64,000 nucleotides of DNA. Origin: Squalus acanthias (Eukaryota). The stretch covers positions 158,164,001 through 158,228,000 of the forward strand of contig CM059431.1 of NCBI GenBank assembly GCA_030390025.1. The letters run 5' to 3'. Positions 38,737-50,607 of the stretch are shown one piece after another. The stretch's first letter is position 1; each line of letters begins with the position of its first letter. Both the position numbers and the translations under genes were made by a program. The notes beneath the pieces are model-generated. The model did no database searches. It was not told where the DNA came from and saw only the letters and a list, made by a program, of their open reading frames with translations.

Positions 38737-41720
38737 TAGCATTCGTAACAAGATAGACGAACTAATGGCACAAATACAGATAAATGGAGTTTATCTAATA
38801 GTCATTACAGAGACATGGTCGCAAGGTGGCCAAGGTTGGGAAATAAATGTTCCAGGGGACTTGACGTTTCGGAAAGACAGGCAGAATGGAAAGGTCGGGG
38901 GAGTAGCCCTGATAATAAAGGATGACATAAAGACAATAGCGGGAAAGGATCTGGGCTCAGAAGATCAGGAGGTAGAGTCAGTATGGGTTTAACAAGGGGC
39001 AGAAAACACTTGTAGGAGTAGTATATAGCCCCCCTAACAGTAGCTATTCCATTGGAGAGAATATTAATCAAGGAATAGTAGGATCTTGCAACAAAGGTAA
39101 TGCAATATTCTTGGGGGTCTTTAATCTTCACATAGACTGGACAAATAAAATTGGCAAAGGTAGTCTGTAGGACGAGTGCATGGAATGCATTTGGGACAGT
39201 TTCCTAGAAGAACATGTCCTGGAATCAACCAGGGAACAGGTTATTTTAGATCTTGTATTTTGTAATGTGACAGGGAAGTATTTAGCAATCTCATATTAAA
39301 GAATCCTCTGGTGCAGAGTGATCATAATATGATAGAATTGCACATTAATTTTGAGAGTGACTTGCCTAAGTCCGAAACTAGAGCCTTAAACTTAAATAAA
39401 GACAATCTCATAGGTATGAGGGGCGAGTTGGCTAAGGTAGATTTGAAAAATAGATTAAAAGGTATGGCGGTAGGTAAGCAATGGTTAGCATTTAAAGTTA
39501 TATTTCATACTTCTCAACAAAGATACATAGCATTGAGAGAAAAAAACTGCATGGGAAAAGTGATTAAACCGTGGCTAACTGAAGAATATAAGGATAGCAT
39601 TAGATTGAAAGAAGAAGCTTATACTGTTGCAAAGAATAATAATAAGCCTGAGGATTGGGAGTTTCAGAAACCAGCAAAGGTTGACCAAAAAATGGATAAA
39701 AAGGGAATAAATAGAATATTAGAGAAAACTAGCAAGACTTATAAATGCATATTGTAAGAGTTTCTACAAGTATGTAAAGAGTAGCAAAAGTAAATGTTGG
39801 TCCCTTAGAGGCTGAGATAGGAGAAGTTATTATGGGGAATAAGGAAATAGCAAAAATGTTGAACAAATATTTTGTATTTATCTTCACAGCAGAAGACATA
39901 AAAAGTATACCAAAAATGGTGGGGAAGCAAGGGTCTAAAGAGGATGAGGAACTTAACGTAATTATTATAAGTGGAGAAAAAGTACTCGAGAAACTAATGG
40001 CACTAAAAGCCGGCCAATCCCCTGGACATGACGGTCTAGATCCTAGGGTTCCAAAAGAGGTGCCTGAAGAGATAGTGGATGCGTTAGTTTTGATCTTCCA
40101 AAATTCCCTAGATTCTGGAATGTGCCCAGCGGATTGGAAGGTTGCAAATGTAACAGCGTTATTCAAGAAAGGAGGGATAGAAAGAAAAACAAGCAACTAC
40201 AGGCTAGTTAGCCTGACATCAGTCGTCGGGAAAATGCTGCAATCCATTGTTGAGGAAGTGGTATCAAGTCACTTAGAAAATCATAATATGATTAGACAAA
40301 GTTAACATGGTTTTATGAAAGAGAAATCCTGTTTGACAAATTTATTAGAGTTTTTTGAGGGTGTAACTAGCAGGCTAGATAAAGGGGAACCAGTGGGTGT
40401 ATTATATTTGGATTTCCAAAAGGCATTTGATAAGGTGCCACATAAAAGGTTATTTCACAAGATTAGGGCTCATGCGGTTGGGTGTAACACAGTAGCATAT
40501 AGAGAGCATTGGTTAACGGACAGAAAACAAAGAGTGGGGATAAACGGATCTTTTTCAGGTTGGTAGGTTGTAACGAGTGGGGTGCCGCAAGGATCAGTGA
40601 TGGGGCCTCAGCTATTTACAATTTATATTAATAACTTAGATGAAGGGACCGAGTACAATGTATCCAAGTTTGCTGATGATACAAAGCTAGACGAGTCAGT
40701 AAGCTGTGAGGAGAACGCAAAGAGTCTGCTGAGGGATACAGATAGACTGAGTGAGTGGGCAGTAAGGTGGCAGATGGAGTATAATGTAGGGAAATGTGAG
40801 TTTATTCACTTTGGTAGGAATAAAAGAAAAACAGAATATGTGTTAAATGGTGAGAAAAGTTCAAAGGTTGGCGTTCAGAGAGATTTTTGGTGTCCTCGTG
40901 TAATAAACACAGAGAGCTAGCATGCAGGTACAGCAAACAAGAAGGAAGACAAATGGCATGGTGGCCTTTATTGCAAGTAAAAGAGTAAGGAAGTCTTGCT
41001 ACAATTGTACAGGGCCTTGGTGAGACCACACCTGGAGTACTGTACACAGTTTTGGCCTCTTTATCTAAGGATGGATGCACCTACCTTGGAGGCGGTGCAA
41101 CAAAGGTTCTGACGAAAGGTCTTCGACCTGAAACGTTAAATCTGTTTCTCTCTCCACGGATGCTGCCTGGCCTGCTGAGTTTTTCCAGCGTTTTCTGTTG
41201 TTATTTCGGATTTCCAGCATCCGCAGTATTTTGCTATCTCACTAGATTGATTCCTGGGATGAGAGGGCTTTCCTCTGATGAGAGATTTTTTTGAATGGGA
41301 CTATACTCTCTGTAGTTTAGAAGAATGAGAGGTGATCTAATTGAAACATATAAGATTCTGTGGGGGATTGACAGGGTAAATGCTGAGCGGTTGTTTCCCC
41401 TGGCTGGTGTGTCTAGAACTAAGGGGCATAGTCTCAGGATAAGGGGAAGAACATTTAAGACTGAGATGCGGAGGAAATTCTTCACTCAGAGGGTTGTGAA
41501 TCATTGGAATTCTCTGCCCCAGGTTGCTGTGAATGCTGAGTCTTTGAGTATATTCAAAGCCGAGATGGATAGATTTTTGGCGTCGGGGGGGATCAAGTGA
41601 TCTGGAGATCCGGCGGGAATGTGGAGTTGAGGTCGATGATTAGCCATGATCTTACGGAATGGCGGATCAGGCTCGAGGGGCCGTGCATCCGATTCCTGCT
41701 CTTTTTTCTCATGTTCATAT
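38737..41720 (+). mobile_element. Decayed CR1 ORF2 (APE-RT) copy
   Basis: SIRNK..ITETW, SDHN, YLDFQKAFDKVPH, FADD, 3' UTR; carries a ~130 bp insert at 41109-41237. Confidence 0.92.
41109..41237 (+). ncRNA. Penelope terminal-repeat fragment beginning with a hammerhead core, inserted in a CR1
   Basis: CTGACGA-a-AGGTC-ttc-GACCT-GAAA-CGTT, followed by the reverse-complement homolog of 36643-36740; removal restores the CR1 QRFTRLIPG segment. Confidence 0.72.
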
Positions 41721-42338
41721 ATTCTATTTTACACCTCTCACAGTAACATTAATTATTTGTGCCGGACAACTAAGAAGATATTTCACTAGTCTCACTTTAG
41801 CCATAGCAGAAGCGTATACACTCCGTGAGATGTTCGTTATCAAACTCTCTCTAAGTTCAATCAATGACCGGAGCTAAAAGAATAATGGTGTGAAATTGGA
41901 CTGCACAGAGTGGCATTAAACGGAGTGGACTTGCACAGAGTGCTTTGTTTGGGAATTTGGGAAGAGTGGGAATTTATGAGAAGTATTGGTAAGTAGAAGC
42001 TGTAAAAAGTGAAATGTATTTGAAGATTTTGGTTTTAAAATCGAACTTTAAATCTTTAAAAACTGTAGTTAACAGAAGCTGACTGCCAGTGGAATTTAAC
42101 TCTCAGTCACGTGTAAGTGTTGGTCTTGAGCAGGCGCTAATCACCAGGAGCAGGGGAGCTGAATCATCACTTGTAAATTGGGTGAGGCTCCAACTGTATA
42201 AAATAAACATTTCTGCAGAACACAGAGCGGTCTGTACAGAATGGGATTGAACGGAGTTGACTTGAACAGAGTGCTTTTGTTGGGAATTTGGAAAGCGTGG
42301 AAATTTGCAGAAGAGAGGGTAGGTGTAGTTGCTTTTAG

Positions 42339-43224
42339 GAACATAGAAACATAGAAGATAGGAGCAGGAGTAGGCCATTCGGCCCCTCGAGCCTGTTCCA
42401 CCATTTAATGAGATCATGGCTGATCATCCAAATCCAGTAGCCTGTCCCTGCTTTCTCCCCATATCCCTTGATCCCTTTAGCCTTAAGAGATATATCAAAC
42501 TCCTTCTTGAATATATTTAATGAATTGGCCTCAACTGCCTTCTGTGGTAGAGAATCCCAGAGGTTCACCACTCTCTGGGTGAAGAAATTCCTCCTCATCT
42601 CAGTCCTAAATGGCTTACACCTTAACCTTAGACTGTGACCTCTTGTTGTGGACTCCCCCGCCATCGGGTACATCCTTCCTGCATCTAGTCTGTCTAGTCC
42701 TGTTAGAATTTTATAAGTTTCAATGAGATCCCCTCTCATTCTTCTAAACTCTAGCGAATATAAGCCTAATAGACCCAAGCTCTCTTCATACGTATTTCCT
42801 GCCATCCCAAGTATCATTCTGGTGAATCTTCGCTGCACTCCCTCCATGGTAGGAACATCCTTCCTCAGATAAGGCAAACAAAACTGCACAATACTCAAGT
42901 TGTGGTCTCACCAAGGCCCTGTACAACTGCAGCAAGACATCCTTGCTCCTGTACTCGAATCCACTCGCTATTAAGGCCAACATTCTATTTCCCTTCTTAA
43001 CCGCCTGCTGCACCTGCATGCTTACCTTCAGCGACTGGTTCACAAGGACACCCAGGTCTAGTTGCACTTCCCCTTTTCCCAATCTATTCCCAGTCAGATA
43101 ATAATCTGTCTTCCTGTTTTTGCCACCAAAGTGGATAACCTCGCATTTATCCACATTATACTGCAAATGCCATGCATCTGCCCAATCACCTAAACTGTCC
43201 AAATTATATTTCTCTGCATCCTCC
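42339..43224 (-). mobile_element. CR1 RT/3' fragment
   Basis: ORFs 42786-43202 and 42335-42898; (TATGTTTC)n tail. Confidence 0.92.
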
Positions 43225-45034
43225 TTTTTGCCTACACTACTTGTAGTGCTTTATGTTAGAGGTAGATATTTAATTTCAGCAACCTTAACTTAATCTCGAT
43301 CAAGTATGTAGTCAGGAAACTACACCATAAAGTAATTTACCGAATTACAAATTTAATTAACTTTAACAAAATAAATCAAGGTCATATCGGGATAGCAGTG
43401 CAGGCGGTGTGCCGCAACTGCAGCATGTGGGAGTTTTTGGTGAGCATTGTTGTCCCGGACAACCACGTTTGTAGTAAGTGCCTGCATCTTGAGGAACGTC
43501 AGCTCAGATTTTTTGAGCTGGAGTCTGAGGTGATGACATTGCGGGGCATCAGGGATGGGGAGAGTTACCTGGACATTTTGATCCAGGAGGCAGTCACACC
43601 CCTTAGGTTAGGTAGTGCTACAGGTCTGGTTAGTGGTCAAGGACAGGAGGGTGTGACTGCCACTCAGGCAGGTAATGTCACCCCAGGTGTAGTGCTCGAG
43701 GAACCTTAGCCTTTGTCCTTGTTCAACAGGTATGAGGTTCTTGCTGCCTGCGTGGATTAGGGAAAAGCCTGCCGGATGAATGAACAGGCTGACCATGTTT
43801 CCATGGTGTAGGATGCCATTCAGTGGGGAGAGTGAAAGGGAATGCAGTTGTGGTAGGGGACATTTTAGTCATGGGGATAAATACTGTTCTCTGCAGCCAG
43901 GACCGTGAGTTCCGCAGGTTGCATTGCCTGCCCGGTGCCAGGGCAAAAGGCATTTCCTCACGGCTGGAGAAGAAGTTGGAGTGGCAAGGGAAGGATCCAG
44001 TTGTCGTGGTCCACGTACGAACCAACGACATAGGTAGAACTAGGAATGATGTTCTGCTGAGGGAGTTTGAGGAGGTAGGATACAAATTAAAAAGCAGAAC
44101 CTTGAAGGTAATAATCTCGAGGTTGTTAACTGAGCCACGCGCAAATTGACAGAGGGACAAACAGATTAGACGTTTAAATGCGTGGCTCAAAGAATGGTGT
44201 GGAAGGAAGGGGTTTCAGTTTATAGGGCACTGGCACCAGCACTGGGGAACGAGGGAGCTGTTCCGTTGGGGCAGGCTCCAATTAATCCGGGCTGGGAACA
44301 GTGTCCTGGTGAACCGAATAACTAGCGCAGTAGACAAGGCTTTAAACTAATGCAGTGGTGGTGGGAGGATTCAGGAAACAGTAAATTTAAAAGCAGCGAG
44401 AGAAATGTCAAGCCTCTCGAGCAGAGTAGAGTTTTGGGTAAAAATAATCAGAGTGGATCAGGAAGGGACAGAGAGAACAACAAAGGTAATAAGGCATCAC
44501 TGACTAAGGTGACACCAGGGAAGAGATAAATAAGTCAAAGCTAAAGGCACGATTTCTGAATGCGTGTAGCATTTGCAACAAAATAGAGGAAATAATAGCG
44601 CAGATAGAAAAGAACAGGTTTGATCTAATAGCCATAATGGAGACGGGGTTGCAAAGTGGCCATGGTTAGGGACTAAATATTCCAGGATATATAATTTTTA
44701 GAAGGGATAGGAAAAATGGAGAAGGAGGAGGGGTTGTCCTGATAATAAAGAATGGGATAAAGACAGCAGAGAGAAAGGAACTTAGCTCCGAAAATCAAGA
44801 AGTAGGATCAGTTTGGGTAGGGCTAAGAAACAGCAAGGGGCAGAAAACATTAGAGGGAGTTGTTTACAGCTCCCCAAACAATAGTTGTAATGTAGGGCGG
44901 ATTATAAATCAGGAAATTAGAGGTGCATGTAGCAAGGGTAATACAGTAATCATGGGGGACTTTAATCTTCATTGAGACGGGGCAAACCAAATTTGCAGTA
45001 ATAGTGTGGAGGACAAATTCATGTAATGTATGCA

Positions 45035-48000
45035 AGGTAAGGCCTCAGAGCGTCGGCGGGAGGTTCAGCGGCGGCAGTTTGCCTGTAAAAGGCTCCAGAG
45101 ACCAGGTAAGGCCTCAGAGCGTCGGCGGGAGTTTCAGCGGCGGCAGTGGGCCTATAAAAGGCTCCAGAGATCAGGTAAGGCGTACCAGTCTCCGAACTCG
45201 GAGGGAAAAATTATCGAAGTTTGACGTCACCAAAAAACAGGTAAGTGATTGGTTGGTGAGTATTCCTCCCTTTTTAAGCTTAAATTCTGTGGTGTTAAAT
45301 TTCTAGGGTCTCTGTGGTGTAGTGGGGACAGTTGGTAAATAAAGCGCCCTATAGTAAATCTGTAACTGGGGTATTGAATACATTTTTAATTTAATTAAAG
45401 GAGTAGTTCATGGCAGGTGAGATCAGCCCCGTGTTATAGAAACATAGAAACATAGAATCTTGGAGCAGGAGTAGGCCATTCGGCCCGTCGAGCCTGCTCC
45501 ACCATTCAATACGATCATGGCTGATCATCCAAATCCAGTACCCTGTCCCCTGTTTTAATCCCCACAGTACACATATCCCACCCTACCCCCGTAACCCCAC
45601 GTATTTAATTCCCCCGAACATATCCCATCCTATCCCCATAACCCCACATATTTAATCCCCCCCTAACACTAAGGGTCAATTTATCATAGCCAAATCAACC
45701 TAACCCGCACATTTTTGGACTGTGGGAGGAAACCGGAGCACCCGGAGGAAACCCACGCAGACACGGGGAGAATGTGCAAACTCCACACAGACAGTCACCA
45801 GTTATGCTCCTCTTGCTCCATGTGGGAATTCAGGGACGCTGCCAGTGTCCCTGGGGACCAGGTGTACGAGAAATGCATCCAGCTGCAGCTACTTGTAGAC
45901 CGCATTGCGGCGCTCGAGCTGCGGGTGGATGAGTTTTGGAGTATACGCGATGCTGAGAGGGTCGTGGATAGCACGTTTAACGAGTTGGTCACGCTGCAGG
46001 GTAGGGCTGCACAGATAGAAGGGAAATGGGTGACCATCAGGCAGAACAGCAGAGGCAGGCAGGGAGTACAGGGGACCCCTGCGGTCATCCCCCTTTTAAA
46101 CAGGTATACCGATTTGGATACTGTTGAGGGGGATGACTCACCAGGGAAGAACGGTAGCAGCCAACTTCCTGGCACCAGGGTTGCTTCTGCTGCTCAGAAA
46201 GGGAGGAAAAAGAGTGGGAAAGCAATAGTGGTAGGGGATTCTATCGTAAGGGGAACAGGTAGGCGTTTCTGTGGCCGTAAAAGTAACTCGAGGATGGTTT
46301 GTTGCCTCCCTGGGGCCAGGGTCGTGGATGTCACTGAGCGGCTACAGGGCATTCTTAAGGGGGAGGGGCTGGAGGCAGAGGTCGTGGTTCACATTGGGAA
46401 CAACTACATAGGTAGGAATGGGGATGAGGTCCTGCATTAAGAATTTAGGGAGCTAGGTAGCAGAGTAAAGAGCATGACCTCAAAGGTTGTAATCTCTGGA
46501 TTACTCCCAGTGCCACGTGCTAGTGAGTATAGGAATAGGAGGATAGAACAGATGAATGCGTGGCTGAAGAGTTGGTGCAGGAGGGAGGGTTTTAGTTTCC
46601 TGGATCACTACACCTGCTTCTGGGGAAGGTGGGACTTGTACAAGTCGGACGGTTTGCACCTGAACCAGAGCGGGACAAGTATCCTTGCGGAGAGGTTTGC
46701 TAGCACTGTTGGTGGGGGGATTAAACTAACTTGGCAGAGGGATGGGATACAGGGTGGAGCTACAATAGGGGGTGATGTACAGTCAAATATAGAGAAAAAA
46801 ACAAGTCAGCTTGGAAGACAGGGCAAACATGTAAGAGCAAGGCTGGAAGGCATCTATTTTAATGCAAGGAGTCTAGCGAATAAGGTGGATGAACTGAAGG
46901 TGTTGATAAACACATGGGAGTATGATATTGTTGCTATCACGGAGACATGGTTGAGGGAGGGGCAAGACTGGCAGCTCAATATTCCGGGGTACAGAATCTT
47001 CAGGCGAGACAGAGGGGGAGTTATAAGAGGAGGGGGTGTCGCAATATTAATTAAGGAATCAATTACTGCCAAAAGGAGGGATGATATATTAGCAGGATAC
47101 TCCAATGAGGCTATATGGGTGAAGCTTAAAAACAAAAAGGGGGCAAGCACTTTGCTGGGAGCGTACTATAGGCCTCCAAACAGTCAGGGGGAGATAGAGG
47201 AACAGATATGTAGGCAAATCTCAGAGAAATGTGCAAATAATAGTGTAATAATAATGGGGGATTTCAACTTCCCCAATATTAACTGGGATAGTCAGAGTGC
47301 GAAAGGCTTAGAGGGTTCAAAATTCTTAAAGTGCATCCAGGAGAGCTTTTTGAGCCAGCATGTAGAAAGTCCTACAAGAGAGGGTGCGGTACTGGACCTA
47401 ATTCTAGTGAATGTGGCCGGCCAAGTGGAAGAAGTGCTAGTAGGTGAGCACTTTGGTGACAGTGACCATAATACGGTTAGATTTAAGGTGGTCATGGAAA
47501 AGGACAGGGATGGGCCGGAAATAAAGGTTCTAAATTGGGGGAAGGCCGATTTTAATAGGATAAGGCAGGATTTGGCCAACAGGGACTGGGATCAGCTGCT
47601 TGTAGGAAAATCCGCATCGGAGCAATGGGATTCTTTCAGAAGGGAGATTGAGATCATACAATGGCAGCACGTTCCCGTAAAGGTCAAGGGTGGTTCCAAA
47701 AACCGCAGGGAACCTTGGATTTCAGGGGATATACGAGAATGGATCAGGAAAAAAAGGAGGGCTTTTGGCAGATACAAAATGCTAAAGACGGAGGAAGCCA
47801 TAGAGGAGTACAAAAAGTGCAGGGGGATACTTAAAAAAGAAATTAGGAGATCAAGGAGGGGCCATGAAATAACACTGGCGAACAAAATAAAGAAAAATAC
47901 TAAGATGTTTTATAAGTATATTAAGGGTAACAGGATAACTACGGAAAAAATAGGGCCCATTAGGGACAAAAGTGGCAATCAGTGTGTGGAGCCGGAAGAT

Positions 48001-49724
48001 GTAAGTGGGGTTCTAAATTAATTTTTTGCATCTGTTTTCACTATGGAGAAGGACGATGCAGACATAAAAATAGGGCAGGGGGACTGTGATATACTCGAAC
48101 ATTTTAACATCGAGAGGGAGGAGGTATTGGCCGTTTTAGCAGGTCTAAAAAGGAATAAATCCCCAGGTCCGGACGAAATGTATCCCAGGCTGCTGTGTGA
48201 GGCAAAGGAGGAGATTGCGGGGGCTCTAACACATATATTCAGAACCTCTCTGGCCACAGGGGATGTGCCAGAGGACTGGAAAACCGCTAATGTAGTACCA
48301 TTATTCAAGAAAGTGACTAGGGAAAAACCGGGGAACTACAGGCCAGTGAACCTAACATCAGTGGTAGGAAAATTATTGGAAAAAATTCTGAGGGACAAAA
48401 TCAGTCTCCACTTGGAGAGGCAAGGATTAATCAGGTTTAGCCAACATGGCTTTGTCAAGGGAAGATCATGTCTGATTAATTTGATAGAATTTTTTGAGGG
48501 GGTGACTAGGTGTGTGGATGAGGGTAACGCAGTGGATGTGGTATACATGGATTTCAGTAAGGCCTTCGATAAAGTCCCGCACAGGAGACTGGTCAAGAAC
48601 TTAAGAGCCCATGGAATCCAGGTGGCCTTGGCACATTGGATACAAAACTGTCTCAGTGGCAGAAGGCAGAGGGTGATGCTCGAAGGTTCTTTTTGTGACT
48701 GGAAGACTGTCGCCAGTGGGGTACCACAGGGATCGGTGCTTATCCCTTGCTGAGTGTGGTCTACATTAACGACTTGGATATGAATGTAAAAGGTATGATC
48801 AGTAAGTTTGCGGATGATGCGAAAATTGGTAGGGTGGTAAATAGCGAGGAGGGTAGCCTCAGTCTGCAGGACGATATAGATGGGTTGGTCAGATGGGCAG
48901 AACAGTGGCAAATGGAATTTAATCCGGAAAAGAGCGAGGTGATGCACTTTGGAGGGACTTACAAGGCAAGCGAATAAACAATGAATGGTAAGACCGTAGA
49001 AAAGACGGAGGGTCAGAGGGATCTTCGTGTGCAAGTACACAGATCCCTGAAGGCGGCGGAACAGGTGGATAAGGTGGTAAAAAAGGCATATGGGATACTT
49101 GCATTCATTAGCCGAGGCATAGAATATAAGAGCAAGGAGGTTATGTATAAAACACTGGTTAGGCCACATCTGGAATACTGTGTGAAGTTCTGGTCGCCAG
49201 ACTAATGGAAGGATGTGATCGCTTTGGAGAGGGTGCAGAGGAGATTCACCAGAATGTTACCTGGACTTGAGTGCTTCAGCTATGAAGAGAGACTGGGCAG
49301 ATTGGGTTTGTTTTCCTTGGAGCAGAGGAGGCTGAGGGGGGACATGATTGAGGTGTACAAAATTATGAGGGGCATGGATAGGATGTATACTAAGGAGCTT
49401 TTTCCCTTAGTAGAGGGGTCTATAACAAGGGGGCATAGATTCAAGGTAAAGGGCAGGAGGTTTAGAAGGGATTTGAGAAATAACCTTTTCACCCAGAGGG
49501 TGGTTGGAGTCTGGAACTCACTGCCTGAAAGGGTTGTGGAGGCAGGAACCCTCACAACATTCAAGAAGCATTTGGATGAGCACTTGAAATGCCTTAGCAT
49601 ACAAGGCTACGGACCAAATGCTGGAATATCGGATTAAATTAAACAGGGCTTGATGGCCGGCGCGGACACGATGGGCCGAAGGGCCTCTATCCGTGCTGTA
49701 TAACTCTATGAGTCTATGACTCTA
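45035..49724 (+). mobile_element. Full-length, mildly decayed CR1 of the (TATGACTC)n-tail subfamily
   Basis: Tandem 5' repeats, ORF1 ATG near 45409, ORF2 to about 49637; aag at both junctions with the host CR1. Confidence 0.93.
45438..45800 (-). mobile_element. HE1-type V-SINE, 5'-truncated, inserted in CR1 ORF1
   Basis: V-domain (gtctgtgtggagtttgcacattctccccgtgtctgcgtgggtttcctccgggtgctccggtttcctcccacagtccaaa) plus CR1-like 3' tail; TSD gttat at 45433-45437 and 45801-45805. Confidence 0.88.
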
Positions 49725-50028
49725 AGATAGTTTTCTAGAACAGTATGTTGAGCAACCAACTAGGGAACAGTCTATTTTAGATCTAGTATTGTGCAAAGGA
49801 AAGGGTTAATTAATAACCTGGTAGTAAAGGGGCCTTTAGGGAAGTGTGACCATAATATGATAAAATTTTATTGTTTGAAAGTGACTTCGTAAAATCCGAA
49901 ACTAGGGTCTTAAATCCAAACAAAGTAAACTACGTAGGTATGAGGAGCGATTTGGCAAAGGTAGATTGTGAAACTACGTTAAAAGGCATGACAGGGGACG
50001 AGCAATGGCTAGCACTTAAAGAATTAAT

Positions 50029-50607
50029 GGGCCAGAAATTCCGTTTTCCGGCTTCCTGCAGGTGCAAGCATCGCGCGCACGCTTACCTACCTGTCAAATC
50101 TATGAATTGAAATCGGCCCCAAAACCACACTTAAACTTCAAATAAATTTTAAAAAAACATCACATTTTAAAAATAACTATAAGTTAAATAAATTAACTAC
50201 TTTAAACAAAAAGTTAAATTTTTGAAAAATTATAAATACTTATTAACGGTGCTAAAAATAAATTTACCTTTCTTTGAAGTATCTAAAAAAGATAAACCTG
50301 TTGAATTTTTTTTTAAACTGTATTTAATTAACCACTTACATTGTTAAAAACGGGTCTGGCACCACCTTTTTAAAAGCGCAGCTTCTTCCATACTTACATT
50401 CCCAGAGAAACCTGAAAAAACCCCGAAGTTTGCTGCATGCGCCCAGCCTCTCCCATGCACGCGGTTCACCTCTGAACCCCTCCCTTCACGTGTCCGGAAG
50501 TTCAGGTTTCAGCGCAGCGCAGTGCATGCAGGAAACGCGCACTTCAAGTGGCCTTATGGGTGAGTACACATCACGTACTCACCCGACAAGCGCGGAATTT
50601 CTGTGCC
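50029..50607. mobile_element. Harbinger-type MITE
   Basis: 15-bp TIRs gggccagaaattccg / cggaatttctgtgcc (13 of 15 match); TSD aat; excision restores CR1 gaattaatacataatt. Confidence 0.85.
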
